IMG/VR virus record: IMGVR_UViG_3300042868_007959 | Span: 62,001 to 126,000 of that record | Reading direction: 5' to 3' (one strand) | DNA length: 64,000 nt | Made by a program: the position numbers and the translations under genes | Notes under the pieces: model-generated | Told to the model about the DNA's origin: nothing | What the model saw: only the letters and a program-made list of their open reading frames with translations | Database searches by the model: none | Shown here: positions 54,346 to 64,000 of the stretch, one piece after another | How the letters are laid out: every line of letters begins with the position of its first letter | Numbering within the stretch: position 1 is the first letter of the stretch

Positions 54346-54813
54346 CTAAATCACATTTTTTAATTTTTTATTCAAACTTTTTTCAAATAATTTATACAAT
54401 TCAATCATTATATCCATATCAGATCTTGATTTTAGTCTATAATAGTTAAAAGATAAGTTAGGTAAGTTATCTATCTTTTCTAGATTTTTATCTTTGTCTT
54501 TATAAAATAATTCATCGTAAAAGAAAAAAAAGTAATTTTTTAAATCATCAGTATCATTAAAAACTATTTTTTCTTTTTTAAAATTATCCATTACTTTTTT
54601 GAAACACCAGTTGTAATGTTCTATCTTTTGGGTATCGTTACCGATATATTCGTCACCCATATATGTGTCGGAAATTAATTTATTTAATGTTTTAATGACA
54701 TCATAATATAAATTACATTTTTCATATTTAACATCATTCGCCTTATACAATAGATTCATTTGTTCGTATGTTAACGGATCTATCATATAACTCATAAATT
54801 CAGAACTATTCAT
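54346..54813 (-). CDS. Hypothetical protein
   Basis: ORF track; ATATTTAT 3 nt upstream. Confidence 0.75.
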   Translation of the reverse strand: MNSSEFMSYMIDPLTYEQMNLLYKANDVKYEKCNLYYDVIKTLNKLISDTYMGDEYIGNDTQKIEHYNWCFKKVMDNFKKEKIVFNDTDDLKNYFFFFYDELFYKDKDKNLEKIDNLPNLSFNYYRLKSRSDMDIMIELYKLFEKSLNKKLKNVI

Positions 54814-54902
54814 AAGATAAATATAATATAATTTATAGAATTATAAAGATAATAACATATCAATTAATTATTGTTGGGGAAACGTATCTTTTTTTTATTT
54901 TG

Positions 54903-55655
54903 TTATTTATTTTGAACCCATTTCATATATTCTTCTATTACCCACATATCTTCTAAAACAGTGTCTTGTATACTATTGAACAGTTGAGAGAAGTGTTTAT
55001 TTAAACTTTCGTTGGATAAATTTTTAAACGTAGGAATGTTCATATATCCACTATCTATTATTTCTTCATATTCACCTCTTTTCAATATTTGTTTGGCATT
55101 AAATTCAGCTAAATCATCATCATGTGTAATAAAATCCCAACCTATACCTTTTCCTGTATCATTAAAAACACCACAATAAAAAATTACATGTGGTAAAGTA
55201 TTCGATTCAAAATACCCTATTATTGAGTAGGATTCTTCCGCAAGTGACTCACTTAAATCCATCATTAACCCTACTTTAAATTCTCCATCACCAACTTTAA
55301 ATAATATTTTACCATTAAAATTATCATTAAAATATTTTAATAATAATGCTGATAACATATCTTTATCGTTAATGTCTAAAGTACCGTATTCAATATTTGA
55401 TACGTCATCTTTAAATAATATATCTTTATATTTTATAAAAAATTTATATAGTGAGTATATCTTATCTAAATCATTTACTCCTGTCATTTCAGAAACTTTA
55501 ATCATCTTTTCGCCATCACTTAAATCAAATTCCTTTGTAGAATATGTACTCTTATCATCATCTACAATATTAAAAGTTTTAAGGATTGCCTTTTCTTGTT
55601 TAGAAATATCTAAATTGTCTATAACGGATTCAGTAATTAATTTTTTAAACTTCAT
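54903..55655 (-). CDS. Hypothetical protein with ITES motif
   Basis: MKFKKLITES. Confidence 0.75.
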   Translation of the reverse strand: MKFKKLITESVIDNLDISKQEKAILKTFNIVDDDKSTYSTKEFDLSDGEKMIKVSEMTGVNDLDKIYSLYKFFIKYKDILFKDDVSNIEYGTLDINDKDMLSALLLKYFNDNFNGKILFKVGDGEFKVGLMMDLSESLAEESYSIIGYFESNTLPHVIFYCGVFNDTGKGIGWDFITHDDDLAEFNAKQILKRGEYEEIIDSGYMNIPTFKNLSNESLNKHFSQLFNSIQDTVLEDMWVIEEYMKWVQNK

Positions 55656-55760
55656 ATTAATAAATATTACTTAAATTAAAAAACCGTCAGACAATAAAGG
55701 TTGATTTAAAAAAGTCATTAAAAATTTGGTGGATTCAATTTAAATTAGTAATTTAGTTCT

Positions 55761-56177
55761 ATGAAAACTATCCTTTTAACCCTATCGTTATTTTTTGTGA
55801 ATTTAGTTAGTTCACAAGTTATTAAAATTCAAGTGTCTGAGGTTATGGATACCTATGGTTACGACACAAGTGTGACAAATTTTTTAAAAGACACAACCCT
55901 TATCTTTGAGACAAGAAAAGTTAATGGTGTTTATAATATCGATTTAACACATAAAACTTTTATCCACATAAAAGATAATGTAGTTGAGAGTGAGGGTGAG
56001 ATATCCTTTGAATGTAAAAATGGGGTTATATCGGTTAATTTTTTATTTGATGGATATAATATTTGGATGGTTATTAATACCGATATATATAATGAACAAG
56101 TAACTTGGTTCTCAGTATCCAATAATTTTATTGACTTAACTAAATTTACAGGATTTATAATTGTGAAAGGTTCTTAA
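55761..56177 (+). CDS. Secreted hypothetical protein
   Basis: Signal peptide MKTILLTLSLFFVNLVSS-Q (Q at +1, common in Bacteroidota). Confidence 0.72.
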   Translation: MKTILLTLSLFFVNLVSSQVIKIQVSEVMDTYGYDTSVTNFLKDTTLIFETRKVNGVYNIDLTHKTFIHIKDNVVESEGEISFECKNGVISVNFLFDGYNIWMVINTDIYNEQVTWFSVSNNFIDLTKFTGFIIVKGS

Positions 56178-56180
56178 AAT

Positions 56181-56209
56181 AAAAAACCCATCTTTTGATG
56201 GGTTTTTTT
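56181..56209. terminator. Bidirectional terminator
   Basis: A6-CCCATC-TTTT-GATGGG-T7. Confidence 0.78.
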
Positions 56210-56210
56210 A

Positions 56211-57584
56211 TTAAGATTTAGATGGTATTTTAGGAGTAGTAGTTAAAGCTGCCCTTGTCTGAATATCAGGTTTAATATACGTATCGTAAAACCAATTCCA
56301 TATAGTGTATTTTGGGTTTTTAGAATCGACAGGTTGATTCCATATTTTAAGTTTTTCATCCGTAACAAATTGTTGAGACTCAATAAATCCTTTTAAAGAC
56401 TTTAATCCGACAGATGCTTCAGAAAATAGACTTTGTATCATCTTAGAATTACCCCAAGAAAACTGTAATGGACTTCTTCCTATGAAAGCTAATGAATGCC
56501 ATATGTTCACAACAAATAGTACCATACCGTTATTGTCTCCCCCTCCCGCATAGAAACCTAATTTTTTTGCGTATGGGTTTTCAGTGGACGGATTAGAAGG
56601 TACACCTACAAATTTACTAAAAGTATCACTGTCTTTAAAATCTAATTTATATGTAATACCATCTGGAGTTTTATATACTTCCTTTAAATATTGTCTCGCA
56701 GTTACCGATTGGTTATTACCTAATACTCTACTTTTTTCTTCTTCCGTAATTAATAATTTATTCATATTCTTAGATGACTCATATAACCTTTTAAAATTAT
56801 TAGTTTCTTCACCATAGTTATTAGTTTTACCCATAGAATCTTCATATGAATAATTGAATAATTTTTTCATTTTATCCATATCTTCATTAATCATACTCTT
56901 ATTTTTATGGGATATTACAGTACCTTCGTTAATAGAATCGTCCCATCTTACTTTATATGTTTGGTTACCATCTGTCATTAAGAATACATTACCGTCTGTT
57001 TTATAACTTTCTGGAATCAATACTTTCATATCATACTCAGATTCAAATTCATTTTTAAAGTTTAATCTTTTCATTTTTTTTGTTTTTGATTCGTTTGTTA
57101 CTCTAACTTTAGGAGTTAAGTGATACTCTTCTGGTTTTCCGTATTTATGTTTAATATATTTTTTACTATTATCTTTTAATGTTTCATAGGTTTCATCTTC
57201 TTCATCAGTTTCACCAAAACCATCATGTGTCCCAAATTCTTTATCGTATTCAGAAGTATCATTTAATTTATCCATTCTTTCTGAAAAAGATTTAAATACT
57301 TCAGTATCCTCATTATCATACTTCAAACCTAACATTTTACCAGCACCAAGATCTTCTATTTCATATGCTTCTTCGTATTCTGATCTATTATATTTAGGTG
57401 ATTTAAAATCATCCTCATTATCAAATTTATAATAATCTGACAATTTTTTATCGAAATTCTTAAGGGCATCAGAATTAAATTCCCCACTTTTAGATCTAGC
57501 ATCCATTGCCTTAGCCAATCCCGCAGGTTGTTTATCTTCCCTTATAGTAATTTTACTTTTTTTAGTTAAGAATCTTCTTTCCAT
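56211..57584 (-). CDS. Hypothetical, probable virion/head protein
   Basis: ORF track to 57608; likely start MERR at 57584; internal INE/LYE/LLITEEEK motifs. Confidence 0.72.
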   Translation of the reverse strand: MERRFLTKKSKITIREDKQPAGLAKAMDARSKSGEFNSDALKNFDKKLSDYYKFDNEDDFKSPKYNRSEYEEAYEIEDLGAGKMLGLKYDNEDTEVFKSFSERMDKLNDTSEYDKEFGTHDGFGETDEEDETYETLKDNSKKYIKHKYGKPEEYHLTPKVRVTNESKTKKMKRLNFKNEFESEYDMKVLIPESYKTDGNVFLMTDGNQTYKVRWDDSINEGTVISHKNKSMINEDMDKMKKLFNYSYEDSMGKTNNYGEETNNFKRLYESSKNMNKLLITEEEKSRVLGNNQSVTARQYLKEVYKTPDGITYKLDFKDSDTFSKFVGVPSNPSTENPYAKKLGFYAGGGDNNGMVLFVVNIWHSLAFIGRSPLQFSWGNSKMIQSLFSEASVGLKSLKGFIESQQFVTDEKLKIWNQPVDSKNPKYTIWNWFYDTYIKPDIQTRAALTTTPKIPSKS

Positions 57585-57675
57585 TTTTCTTTTATTTATA
57601 AATATCACTTTTTTATAAAAAATTTTGGTAGATTAAAATATTTATACTATATTTGTTCTTATAAAATCAAACATT

Positions 57676-57951
57676 ATGAAAAAGTCAATTTTAATTATCG
57701 CAATGATTACCCTTTCTAATTTAGGGTTTAGTCAAACTATCAGTAATCAAAATAATACTGATGTAAATACAAAAAATTTAGTTGTAAATGATTTAGGTTA
57801 TGACCCTAAAGTTTTAGGTGATAAAACTGTAGAATCACTTAACGGTAAAAGTCAAGAAGAAAAAGAATGGTTTAAAAATACTTTTGTTCATAAAAGAGGT
57901 CAATTTAAAATCCCCTCTACACCAATAGTAGACCCATACTCTGAAAGATAA
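57676..57951 (+). CDS. Secreted hypothetical protein
   Basis: Signal peptide MKKSILIIAMITLSNLGFS-Q. Confidence 0.72.
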   Translation: MKKSILIIAMITLSNLGFSQTISNQNNTDVNTKNLVVNDLGYDPKVLGDKTVESLNGKSQEEKEWFKNTFVHKRGQFKIPSTPIVDPYSER

Positions 57952-57970
57952 TATCTAAGTCTTGGGTGGA

Positions 57971-58402
57971 TTAAAGACTATTAAAATAATCTTCCCAAGC
58001 TTTATCTGTACCACTATCCATAGTACAAAAATAAGGAAGACTTTTCATTGGTCCACTATATGATATTAATGCAATACTATCAACAGTTGCATCAATTTCA
58101 TTACTAAATCTATCACCTAAAGATTCGATAGGTACTATATCTAACATAAATTGTCCTTCATCACCTGCATTTCCTGCCACATTATCCATAGCACCAGCAA
58201 CACTTCTAGTTAAAAGAAGTCTTTTTATTCCTTTAGGTAAATTATATTGTTGATTATATGTTAAACCATTTTCTCTAAAAGATGTATTCCTTTCAGTGTT
58301 TTTACAAAAAATATTTAATTCGGCACCAACTGGTTGTTCATTTAATAATCTTTTATTCGCCTCCATTATCATTTCTCTCTTTATTTTATCAATTCTACCC
58401 AT
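57971..58402 (-). CDS. Hypothetical protein (IME/LNE motif)
   Basis: KREMIMEANKRLLNE. Confidence 0.72.
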   Translation of the reverse strand: MGRIDKIKREMIMEANKRLLNEQPVGAELNIFCKNTERNTSFRENGLTYNQQYNLPKGIKRLLLTRSVAGAMDNVAGNAGDEGQFMLDIVPIESLGDRFSNEIDATVDSIALISYSGPMKSLPYFCTMDSGTDKAWEDYFNSL

Positions 58403-58403
58403 T

Positions 58404-59693
58404 TTACTTCAATTTTAAATTACCTTTTTTTATTATTTTACTCTCACTATAAAATTCTATAGCTTCGGGACTTTGGTTACAATAAGGGAAAGTTTTACAT
58501 TTTTCTTTTACCCTCACTTTTTGATATCCTAAATTAGTCATATCTGGTTGTGTTTTTTTAACGGGTACTTTACCAGGACCCTTATCTGTTAACATAAATT
58601 TACTTTTTCCCCAACCTGATGTCGCATAAGTAGCGTTTGACGAAGCTCCAGTTGCTTCTTCAACTGAATTATCATCACACACACAATTTTCTTTAAGACT
58701 ATCACACTCATCACAGTAATTAACTACCTCATCCTCAGAAATCATTTTAGATTTATTTGGTTTATTAAATCTATTACTAAATAATCTATTAATTGGTCCA
58801 CCAGCTCTACCTACAAAAGATCCTGAAGATGATGCACCTGTGCCCTCATCAACCTCACCTTCTTCTGAATCAAAATCCTCTACCTCATTTTCGTCTTTAT
58901 ATCTTTGGAAGTCCTCTATTTCCTTTTTTCTTCTTTCTTGCTCTTCTTCTTTTCTTTTTCTAATTACATTAAAAATATCATCTTTACTAAATCTCTTTTC
59001 AGATTTCTGTTTTAATTGATCCCTAAGACTTTTAGTTATTTCATTATAATCTAAATCTTCGTTCATACCACCTTTAAATGATATTTCAACCCCATCTACA
59101 GTAATCTTACCTTTATTATGTAAATCTTTCATTTCTTTTTTAGAAAGTCGTAACGATTTTTTATTCTTTTGGTTTTTATCACCTATCGATATTATCCCAT
59201 ATTCAGAGTCACTATAAAAATTAGGTGTTTCTGATATATGATCCATAGCTATTTTTTTAGCTTCTTTTTTATCATCACTGTGTTCCATCTCTATCTTAGT
59301 ACCAATAAAGATTTCTTTCCTTATATCTTCTATATCTAAATTATGTTTCTCAGCAATTTCTTTCTCAGTTAAATTATTTTTAGATTCACTAAATCTTATC
59401 TTTTTTAAATCTGGTGTTCCTGATGATGATGCCGCAGCTTTAAATTGTTTACCAATTTCTGACATACCCTCCTCTAAATTTTCTTCACCAAGTTTAATTC
59501 TCATTAAACCAATAAGATTTTCTAATTTATCTAATTTGTCATCTGGTAACGAATGCATTTTATTTAATTGGTTATACATTTTAACTGCCACTTTTAATTG
59601 ACCAGAATTTTTACATGAAAGAATAACATCCTTAGTTCTTTCATAATCACCCATCATTTTATTAGTATCCATCATTTTATTGAGTTTATCCAA
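58404..59693 (-). CDS. Hypothetical, probable head protein with DUF5661-like segment
   Basis: GTKIEMEHS....AKKIAMDHI.E...FY; duplicated E-(G/A)TGASS motifs. Confidence 0.72.
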   Translation of the reverse strand: MDKLNKMMDTNKMMGDYERTKDVILSCKNSGQLKVAVKMYNQLNKMHSLPDDKLDKLENLIGLMRIKLGEENLEEGMSEIGKQFKAAASSSGTPDLKKIRFSESKNNLTEKEIAEKHNLDIEDIRKEIFIGTKIEMEHSDDKKEAKKIAMDHISETPNFYSDSEYGIISIGDKNQKNKKSLRLSKKEMKDLHNKGKITVDGVEISFKGGMNEDLDYNEITKSLRDQLKQKSEKRFSKDDIFNVIRKRKEEEQERRKKEIEDFQRYKDENEVEDFDSEEGEVDEGTGASSSGSFVGRAGGPINRLFSNRFNKPNKSKMISEDEVVNYCDECDSLKENCVCDDNSVEEATGASSNATYATSGWGKSKFMLTDKGPGKVPVKKTQPDMTNLGYQKVRVKEKCKTFPYCNQSPEAIEFYSESKIIKKGNLKLK

Positions 59694-59932
59694 AATTGTC
59701 TTTTAATCCACAATTCTTTATATAATTGTACTAAAACGTCTTTATTAATATCTAAGATATCTTTTCTTAAATTTTTACCTTTTAGTTCTTTTTGTATTAT
59801 TTTTAATACTTTTTTTTCTAAATCATCACCAAAAGCGTTTTTTATTTCTTTTCGTATCATAACCCCAATTTGATTTTCATCAGTTTGAGTTAAAGATTCT
59901 TTAATAGTATGCCTTAAGTGATTTTTATCCAT
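59672..59932 (-). CDS. Hypothetical protein
   Basis: ORF track. Confidence 0.72.
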   Translation of the reverse strand: MDKNHLRHTIKESLTQTDENQIGVMIRKEIKNAFGDDLEKKVLKIIQKELKGKNLRKDILDINKDVLVQLYKELWIKRQFWINSIK

Positions 59933-59977
59933 ATAAAATATTTCTATATAAATATTAAGAAAAAGTAAAAGATGTAA

Positions 59978-60763
59978 TTATTTATTTTTAAAATTCGATA
60001 AACGATAAAGATATTTCAACCCAACTTGTCTATTTGTATTACCATCTATCATCAACATATGTTTTTTATATTGAACTGCAAATGCTAAAGATACTGCATT
60101 TGGGATATCTTGATTGAAACTACTTTGGAATCCTCCACCCAATAACAATCCCCATTTACTTTGTTTCTCTGGTGTTGGTAAAGGTAAACTATTTATGTCC
60201 ATTGAGTCGACAATTAACCATTCAGGGCCAATAAGTCTAGATTTCCATATACCTCTATCTGTTTCTGTCATAACAATCTGTAGAGGTAATTTACCAAAAG
60301 TAAATTCACCTTTATAGAATGCAGTTTTTCTATTGACAAAACCATTCCATGTGATAAAACTATTCTTTTCATCAGGATAGTTTAATTTTAAGTCTATTCT
60401 ATTGGTGTCATTTTTATTAACTGACCCAAAACCTTCTGTCACTTTACCTTCTAACGTAACTATAGTATTGTTTATCATTAAAAGTCTCTCATCTTGTTTT
60501 TTAATCAATCTAAATAAATCTTCATTCTGTTCTTTTAACTGATTATTTAAATCTTTTTCACTATTAAAATAATTAACTAATTTTGCGTATTGACCGTCTG
60601 ATTCTTTAGTGGTTTTATCCATACTTAAAATCACCTTATTACCGTTATTGATTTCATCATATAATTTTTTTTGCATCTGGTTGTATTTAACCCAACCAAA
60701 TAGCATTAAAATTATTATCACAACAGATAATACTATCAATAATATATCTTTAATATTTTTCAT
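59978..60763 (-). CDS. Membrane-anchored coiled-coil protein
   Basis: N-terminal TM, coiled coil, beta-rich C-terminus. Confidence 0.75.
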   Translation of the reverse strand: MKNIKDILLIVLSVVIIILMLFGWVKYNQMQKKLYDEINNGNKVILSMDKTTKESDGQYAKLVNYFNSEKDLNNQLKEQNEDLFRLIKKQDERLLMINNTIVTLEGKVTEGFGSVNKNDTNRIDLKLNYPDEKNSFITWNGFVNRKTAFYKGEFTFGKLPLQIVMTETDRGIWKSRLIGPEWLIVDSMDINSLPLPTPEKQSKWGLLLGGGFQSSFNQDIPNAVSLAFAVQYKKHMLMIDGNTNRQVGLKYLYRLSNFKNK

Positions 60764-61290
60764 TACATTGCACCACTTTCTTCTTCTTCACCAGTTTCAG
60801 CGTTTTCTAATGGTTCAGGACCAGTCTCTTCATTTTCTTCGTCCCTTGTATCGTTTTTATATTCTTCTGCAATTTTAGTAGCCCATTCATTTGCCCAAGA
60901 TTCATAATAAGCAACTAACTTTTGAATTTGTGTAAGTGTTTGATCATTTAATTGTAACAAATCTGCAGTAATATAAACACCTCTTGTGTCATCTAAAGAA
61001 TAAAACCATTCAATACTACTATCAGTAAACTTACCACTGAACTCAACATTTTGTGCCTTAGGATATAATCTAAATCTATTAAATTTAACTCTAGGTGTTA
61101 CAGTATCTCTGAATTTCTTTTCTTCTTCAGAAAGTTCTGATGGATCCAAATCCTTATCTTCTTTAGATTCGTCAGCCTCTCTAAGGAGTCTACTTTTTTG
61201 TTTATTTTCTCTGATAAGTATATTTTTTCTATTTCTATCAGATTCTCTAATTAACTCTAACATTTTTTTAGTTACATCGTGTTCACTCAT
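60763..61290 (-). CDS. Hypothetical protein (IRE/LRE motifs)
   Basis: ORF track. Confidence 0.75.
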   Translation of the reverse strand: MSEHDVTKKMLELIRESDRNRKNILIRENKQKSRLLREADESKEDKDLDPSELSEEEKKFRDTVTPRVKFNRFRLYPKAQNVEFSGKFTDSSIEWFYSLDDTRGVYITADLLQLNDQTLTQIQKLVAYYESWANEWATKIAEEYKNDTRDEENEETGPEPLENAETGEEEESGAM

Positions 61291-61300
61291 ATCTTTTTTT

Positions 61301-61909
61301 TTAATTTTCTATTAATTCTTTAAAATTTTTAAATTCCCAACTAGGATTTAAATCTGTACTATCTTTATAATAGTTGCTTCTGTACGTTATTCCTTCAAAA
61401 TACTCCACACCATCTATAAATGTATTATGTCCAACACAATTTTTAGGTATTTCATATTTTTCGCAAAGATATTTAACTAAATTTGCGCAAGAGATAATTT
61501 GTTTTTTAGTGTATGAGTCCCAATACGTAAACCCACGCCACCTTTTTTCAAATACATTCTTACTTTTATTATAAATATTGCCAACCCAATTAAAATACTC
61601 ATTGTTGAGTAAATCTTTTTGTAACCAACCTTGATTTTCTATCAAAATAGATATTATTTTCTTATCCATAGATTTATTCTCTAAAAAATCTGAGTACATC
61701 GATGGGTTAAAGTGTTGAACTATTTCACCATTCTTAAAAATAGTAAAGGTGGAGGTTTTTTTATAATCTCCACCCATTCTAGTTTTCCAACCTTTTATAT
61801 GATAATCTTTTTCAGAAAAACTGTTACCTATAACAATTTGTCTTTTATTAAACTCAGTCTTATAGAAATTTTTTTCATCTAACTCATATTTTTCTAAGTT
61901 AATATCCAT
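61301..61909 (-). CDS. N-acetylmuramoyl-L-alanine amidase (Amidase_2) fold, degenerate Zn site
   Basis: RQIVIGNS, F.I...GEI.Q, ISI..EN, Q..S...L...L..KY.IP, VGHN, D..P. Confidence 0.65.
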   Translation of the reverse strand: MDINLEKYELDEKNFYKTEFNKRQIVIGNSFSEKDYHIKGWKTRMGGDYKKTSTFTIFKNGEIVQHFNPSMYSDFLENKSMDKKIISILIENQGWLQKDLLNNEYFNWVGNIYNKSKNVFEKRWRGFTYWDSYTKKQIISCANLVKYLCEKYEIPKNCVGHNTFIDGVEYFEGITYRSNYYKDSTDLNPSWEFKNFKELIEN

Positions 61910-62883
61910 TAATCTATTCTTTTAATATCACTTCTTTTATTTTTAGTCCCAACTGGAGGAGAATTTTTTTGTTCTTTATATTTTTTTAAGGCGTTTTGTA
62001 ATAACTCATTAGGACTTTGTTCTTCTTTAATTAGTGCATTAAAAAAAACTTCAGCATCTTTTTCACTTAATTCTTTATCAATACTCTCCATATCGGTAAT
62101 TAACTTTTCTTCATCATCTAACCCATCGTTTAATGTATTGTCCCAAACGCTCATATCGTCTTCGTCATCTTCGTCTTCAATTGGATCTACATAGTAAGGT
62201 GTAAATGCTAATGCGGAAGGTTCATCTTCAATATCCTCTTTTGTTGGTATGGGTAATTTACCTTCTTCCCTCAATCTATTAACTCTACCCCAAACTTCCT
62301 TTTGTATGTCATAATATTTACTTACTACATCGTCACCTACCACCTCTTCCATTTTAGTAGTGGTATCATCTATTGTTTCTTTTATTTCTTTAGTATCGAC
62401 TGTATCCTCATTCGTTGAATCTACTTTTTCGTATTTAACAAAAAAGTGTAGTGATGTTAATGATATTATTGGTAATAAACCACCTTCTAAAAATGCCAAC
62501 CATCTTTTCATAGAAGGTATGTCTGTTGGATCAGATCCTACCAATTCCCACATAGGACCAGTTAACTCAACCCAAGATTTAAATAGCTCACCATTGGGGT
62601 CTATTTCTTTATATGAAAAGAATATATTACCTATCATTTGGATTAATGTCACAATACCAAACATAAACCAAACACCACCCTTAATTTTATTAGTTGCCGC
62701 AACTAATGCAGTCATAGCACCAACCTCAATCGCAACTGATAAATAAATTGCCCAATTTAATGGGTTTGCGATATTATACCAAGTAACTACGTGCGAAATA
62801 GAAATTGCCGCAACTAGTAAAATCGGTACTAAAAACATTGCCCTATTAGGATTATTTTTAATCCATTCCCAGATTTTTTTCAT
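61909..62883 (-). CDS. Membrane protein with acidic C-terminus
   Basis: Four N-terminal TM segments. Confidence 0.75.
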   Translation of the reverse strand: MKKIWEWIKNNPNRAMFLVPILLVAAISISHVVTWYNIANPLNWAIYLSVAIEVGAMTALVAATNKIKGGVWFMFGIVTLIQMIGNIFFSYKEIDPNGELFKSWVELTGPMWELVGSDPTDIPSMKRWLAFLEGGLLPIISLTSLHFFVKYEKVDSTNEDTVDTKEIKETIDDTTTKMEEVVGDDVVSKYYDIQKEVWGRVNRLREEGKLPIPTKEDIEDEPSALAFTPYYVDPIEDEDDEDDMSVWDNTLNDGLDDEEKLITDMESIDKELSEKDAEVFFNALIKEEQSPNELLQNALKKYKEQKNSPPVGTKNKRSDIKRID

Positions 62884-62908
62884 TATAATTGATGTTATTA
62901 GTTTACTA

Positions 62909-63238
62909 TTATTTTTGGAGTTTTTTGATATTTTCCTTTACAACCATGTGTAACTCCATTAACTGTTCACTTCTGTTTTTTTCAGATATATAATCATCAT
63001 ATTCAGAATGTACTTTTAATTTCTCAACTCTGATTACTTCCGAAATATCTTTGATGGTGTCTTTTTGTCCATTAATGACAAAATTTAAACTATCAATAAC
63101 TTTAGAGTTATGTATTTCCTCTTTTTGTAATTTTTTTACTTCACTAGATTTAATACAAGACCTAAAGAAGAAAATAAATAACAATGTTGACAAGATGTGA
63201 ATCTTATACTTTTTCAAAAATTCGATAAAATTTTTCAT
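62909..63238 (-). CDS. Membrane-anchored/lipoprotein-like protein
   Basis: LFIFFFRSC followed by coiled coil. Confidence 0.7.
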   Translation of the reverse strand: MKNFIEFLKKYKIHILSTLLFIFFFRSCIKSSEVKKLQKEEIHNSKVIDSLNFVINGQKDTIKDISEVIRVEKLKVHSEYDDYISEKNRSEQLMELHMVVKENIKKLQK

Positions 63239-63313
63239 ACTTTTTTTTTAATAAATATAATATTTTTTACTTTTAAAGTAAATAGAAAAAAAATGGGGGA
63301 TAATCCCCCAAAT

Positions 63314-64000
63314 TTATATGTTAAATATTCCACCCATATTATTCCTAATTTTTCTGATGGCACCCTCTTTTATTTGTCTGACTCTTTCTTTTGTAAGTCC
63401 TACCTCATCTCCTATCATTTCCAGTGTCATAGGTTCACCATTAATACCGTAATAACAATTAATTATCTCAATCTCTCTAGCGGATAAACCTCTAATTATT
63501 CGATTCATTTCTTTAGCTTTAAGATATTCTTCTTCCTCAGTGAAAATGTCTGGTCTTTTAAAGAAATTATCTTCTAATAGATTAATCATTTCTTCACCAT
63601 CCTCATTAATAGTCATATTATATGATATACAAATAGGTGTAGATATTTGTTCTACTTCATCATTTTGAGGATTTCTTTGGTTTTCTTTTTCAAAAGATTC
63701 TATTTGTTTCTTTATTTTAGATAGTTTATTTATAATATTACCTGGTAATCTAACAGTTCTAGAATTATCATTCAAAGATTGTAATATAGATTGTTTAATC
63801 CACCATATCGCATATGATATAAATCTGAAACCTTTAGTATGATCAAATCTTTTTGCTGCCGTAATTAATCCATAATTACCTTCAGAAATTAAATCTGCAA
63901 TTGGTAATCCTTGATTTTGGTATTCCTTAGCCACTTTAATAACAAATCTTAAATTTGCCTTAACTAATTGGTTTAGGGCATTTTGATCCCCATCTTTAAT
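63314..64000 (-). CDS. RNA polymerase sigma-70 factor, RpoD-like (5' end outside window)
   Basis: Extends upstream of the track start: ALNQLVKANLRFVIKVAKEYQNQG...DLISEGN...FISYAIWWIKQ...VRLP...TLEMIG..LTKERVRQI. Confidence 0.93.
   Translation of the reverse strand: MKDGDQNALNQLVKANLRFVIKVAKEYQNQGLPIADLISEGNYGLITAAKRFDHTKGFRFISYAIWWIKQSILQSLNDNSRTVRLPGNIINKLSKIKKQIESFEKENQRNPQNDEVEQISTPICISYNMTINEDGEEMINLLEDNFFKRPDIFTEEEEYLKAKEMNRIIRGLSAREIEIINCYYGINGEPMTLEMIGDEVGLTKERVRQIKEGAIRKIRNNMGGIFNI

Noticed and set aside
5263-63487. Most plus-strand track ORFs of 60-170 aa lying opposite long minus-strand genes (e.g. 5263, 5779, 8137, 12439, 18664, 45562, 53000, 62360, 63197)
   Set aside because: Antisense shadows of well-supported genes; no motifs or initiation context.
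1-64000. Genome-wide TAG or TGA reassignment (suggested by the CUA tRNA)
   Set aside because: Long conserved genes (NAMPT, DnaJ, ligase, MTases) are intact in code 11, and TGA/TAG stops fall at expected gene ends.
1-64000. Bacterial chromosome or eukaryotic giant virus origin
   Set aside because: No ribosomal or housekeeping operons, and dense small orphan ORFs argue against a chromosome. Bacterial sigma70, tmRNA, boxA and bacterial promoters argue against an NCLDV.

Overview
AT-rich, gene-dense window, almost all on the minus strand. It is most consistent with a segment of a jumbo/huge tailed phage infecting Bacteroidota. This is an inference, since no capsid, terminase or portal gene lies in the window. 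Host evidence: TAnnTTTG-type promoters, Bacteroidota-type boxA, a Bacteroidota-like sigma70 and an Hc1-like protein. Recognisable genes: RNA end-healing/ligation set (P-loop kinase, metallophosphoesterases, T4 Rnl1-type ligase, HAD-SAK, cyclic-phosphate REC), NAMPT-like + Prs-like pair (NARP1-type NAD+ reconstitution candidate), CCA-adding enzyme, three DNA methyltransferases, two HNH proteins, DnaJ, thioredoxin, FKBP PPIase, NUDIX, an M23/lysozyme-like hydrolase, and a DUF2828 (TROVE/Ro60-like vWA) protein. RNA genes: 28 tRNAs covering all 20 amino acids (25 lack encoded CCA) and a tmRNA with a non-canonical 31-aa tag. The most unusual signal is non-coding. (1) Seven tRNA-scaffold elements whose anticodon arm is replaced by variable structured inserts; four alternate exactly with small ORFs. 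(2) A circularly permuted tRNA-Lys module inside a Y-RNA-like stem, whose motif recurs next to the Ro-like gene. (3) Two paralogous leader-peptide/antiterminator/terminator attenuators in front of the tRNA operons. (4) An attC-like cassette array with an apparent empty site. (5) Further unidentified structured RNAs. All calls were made by eye from motifs; no database search or folding program was run.
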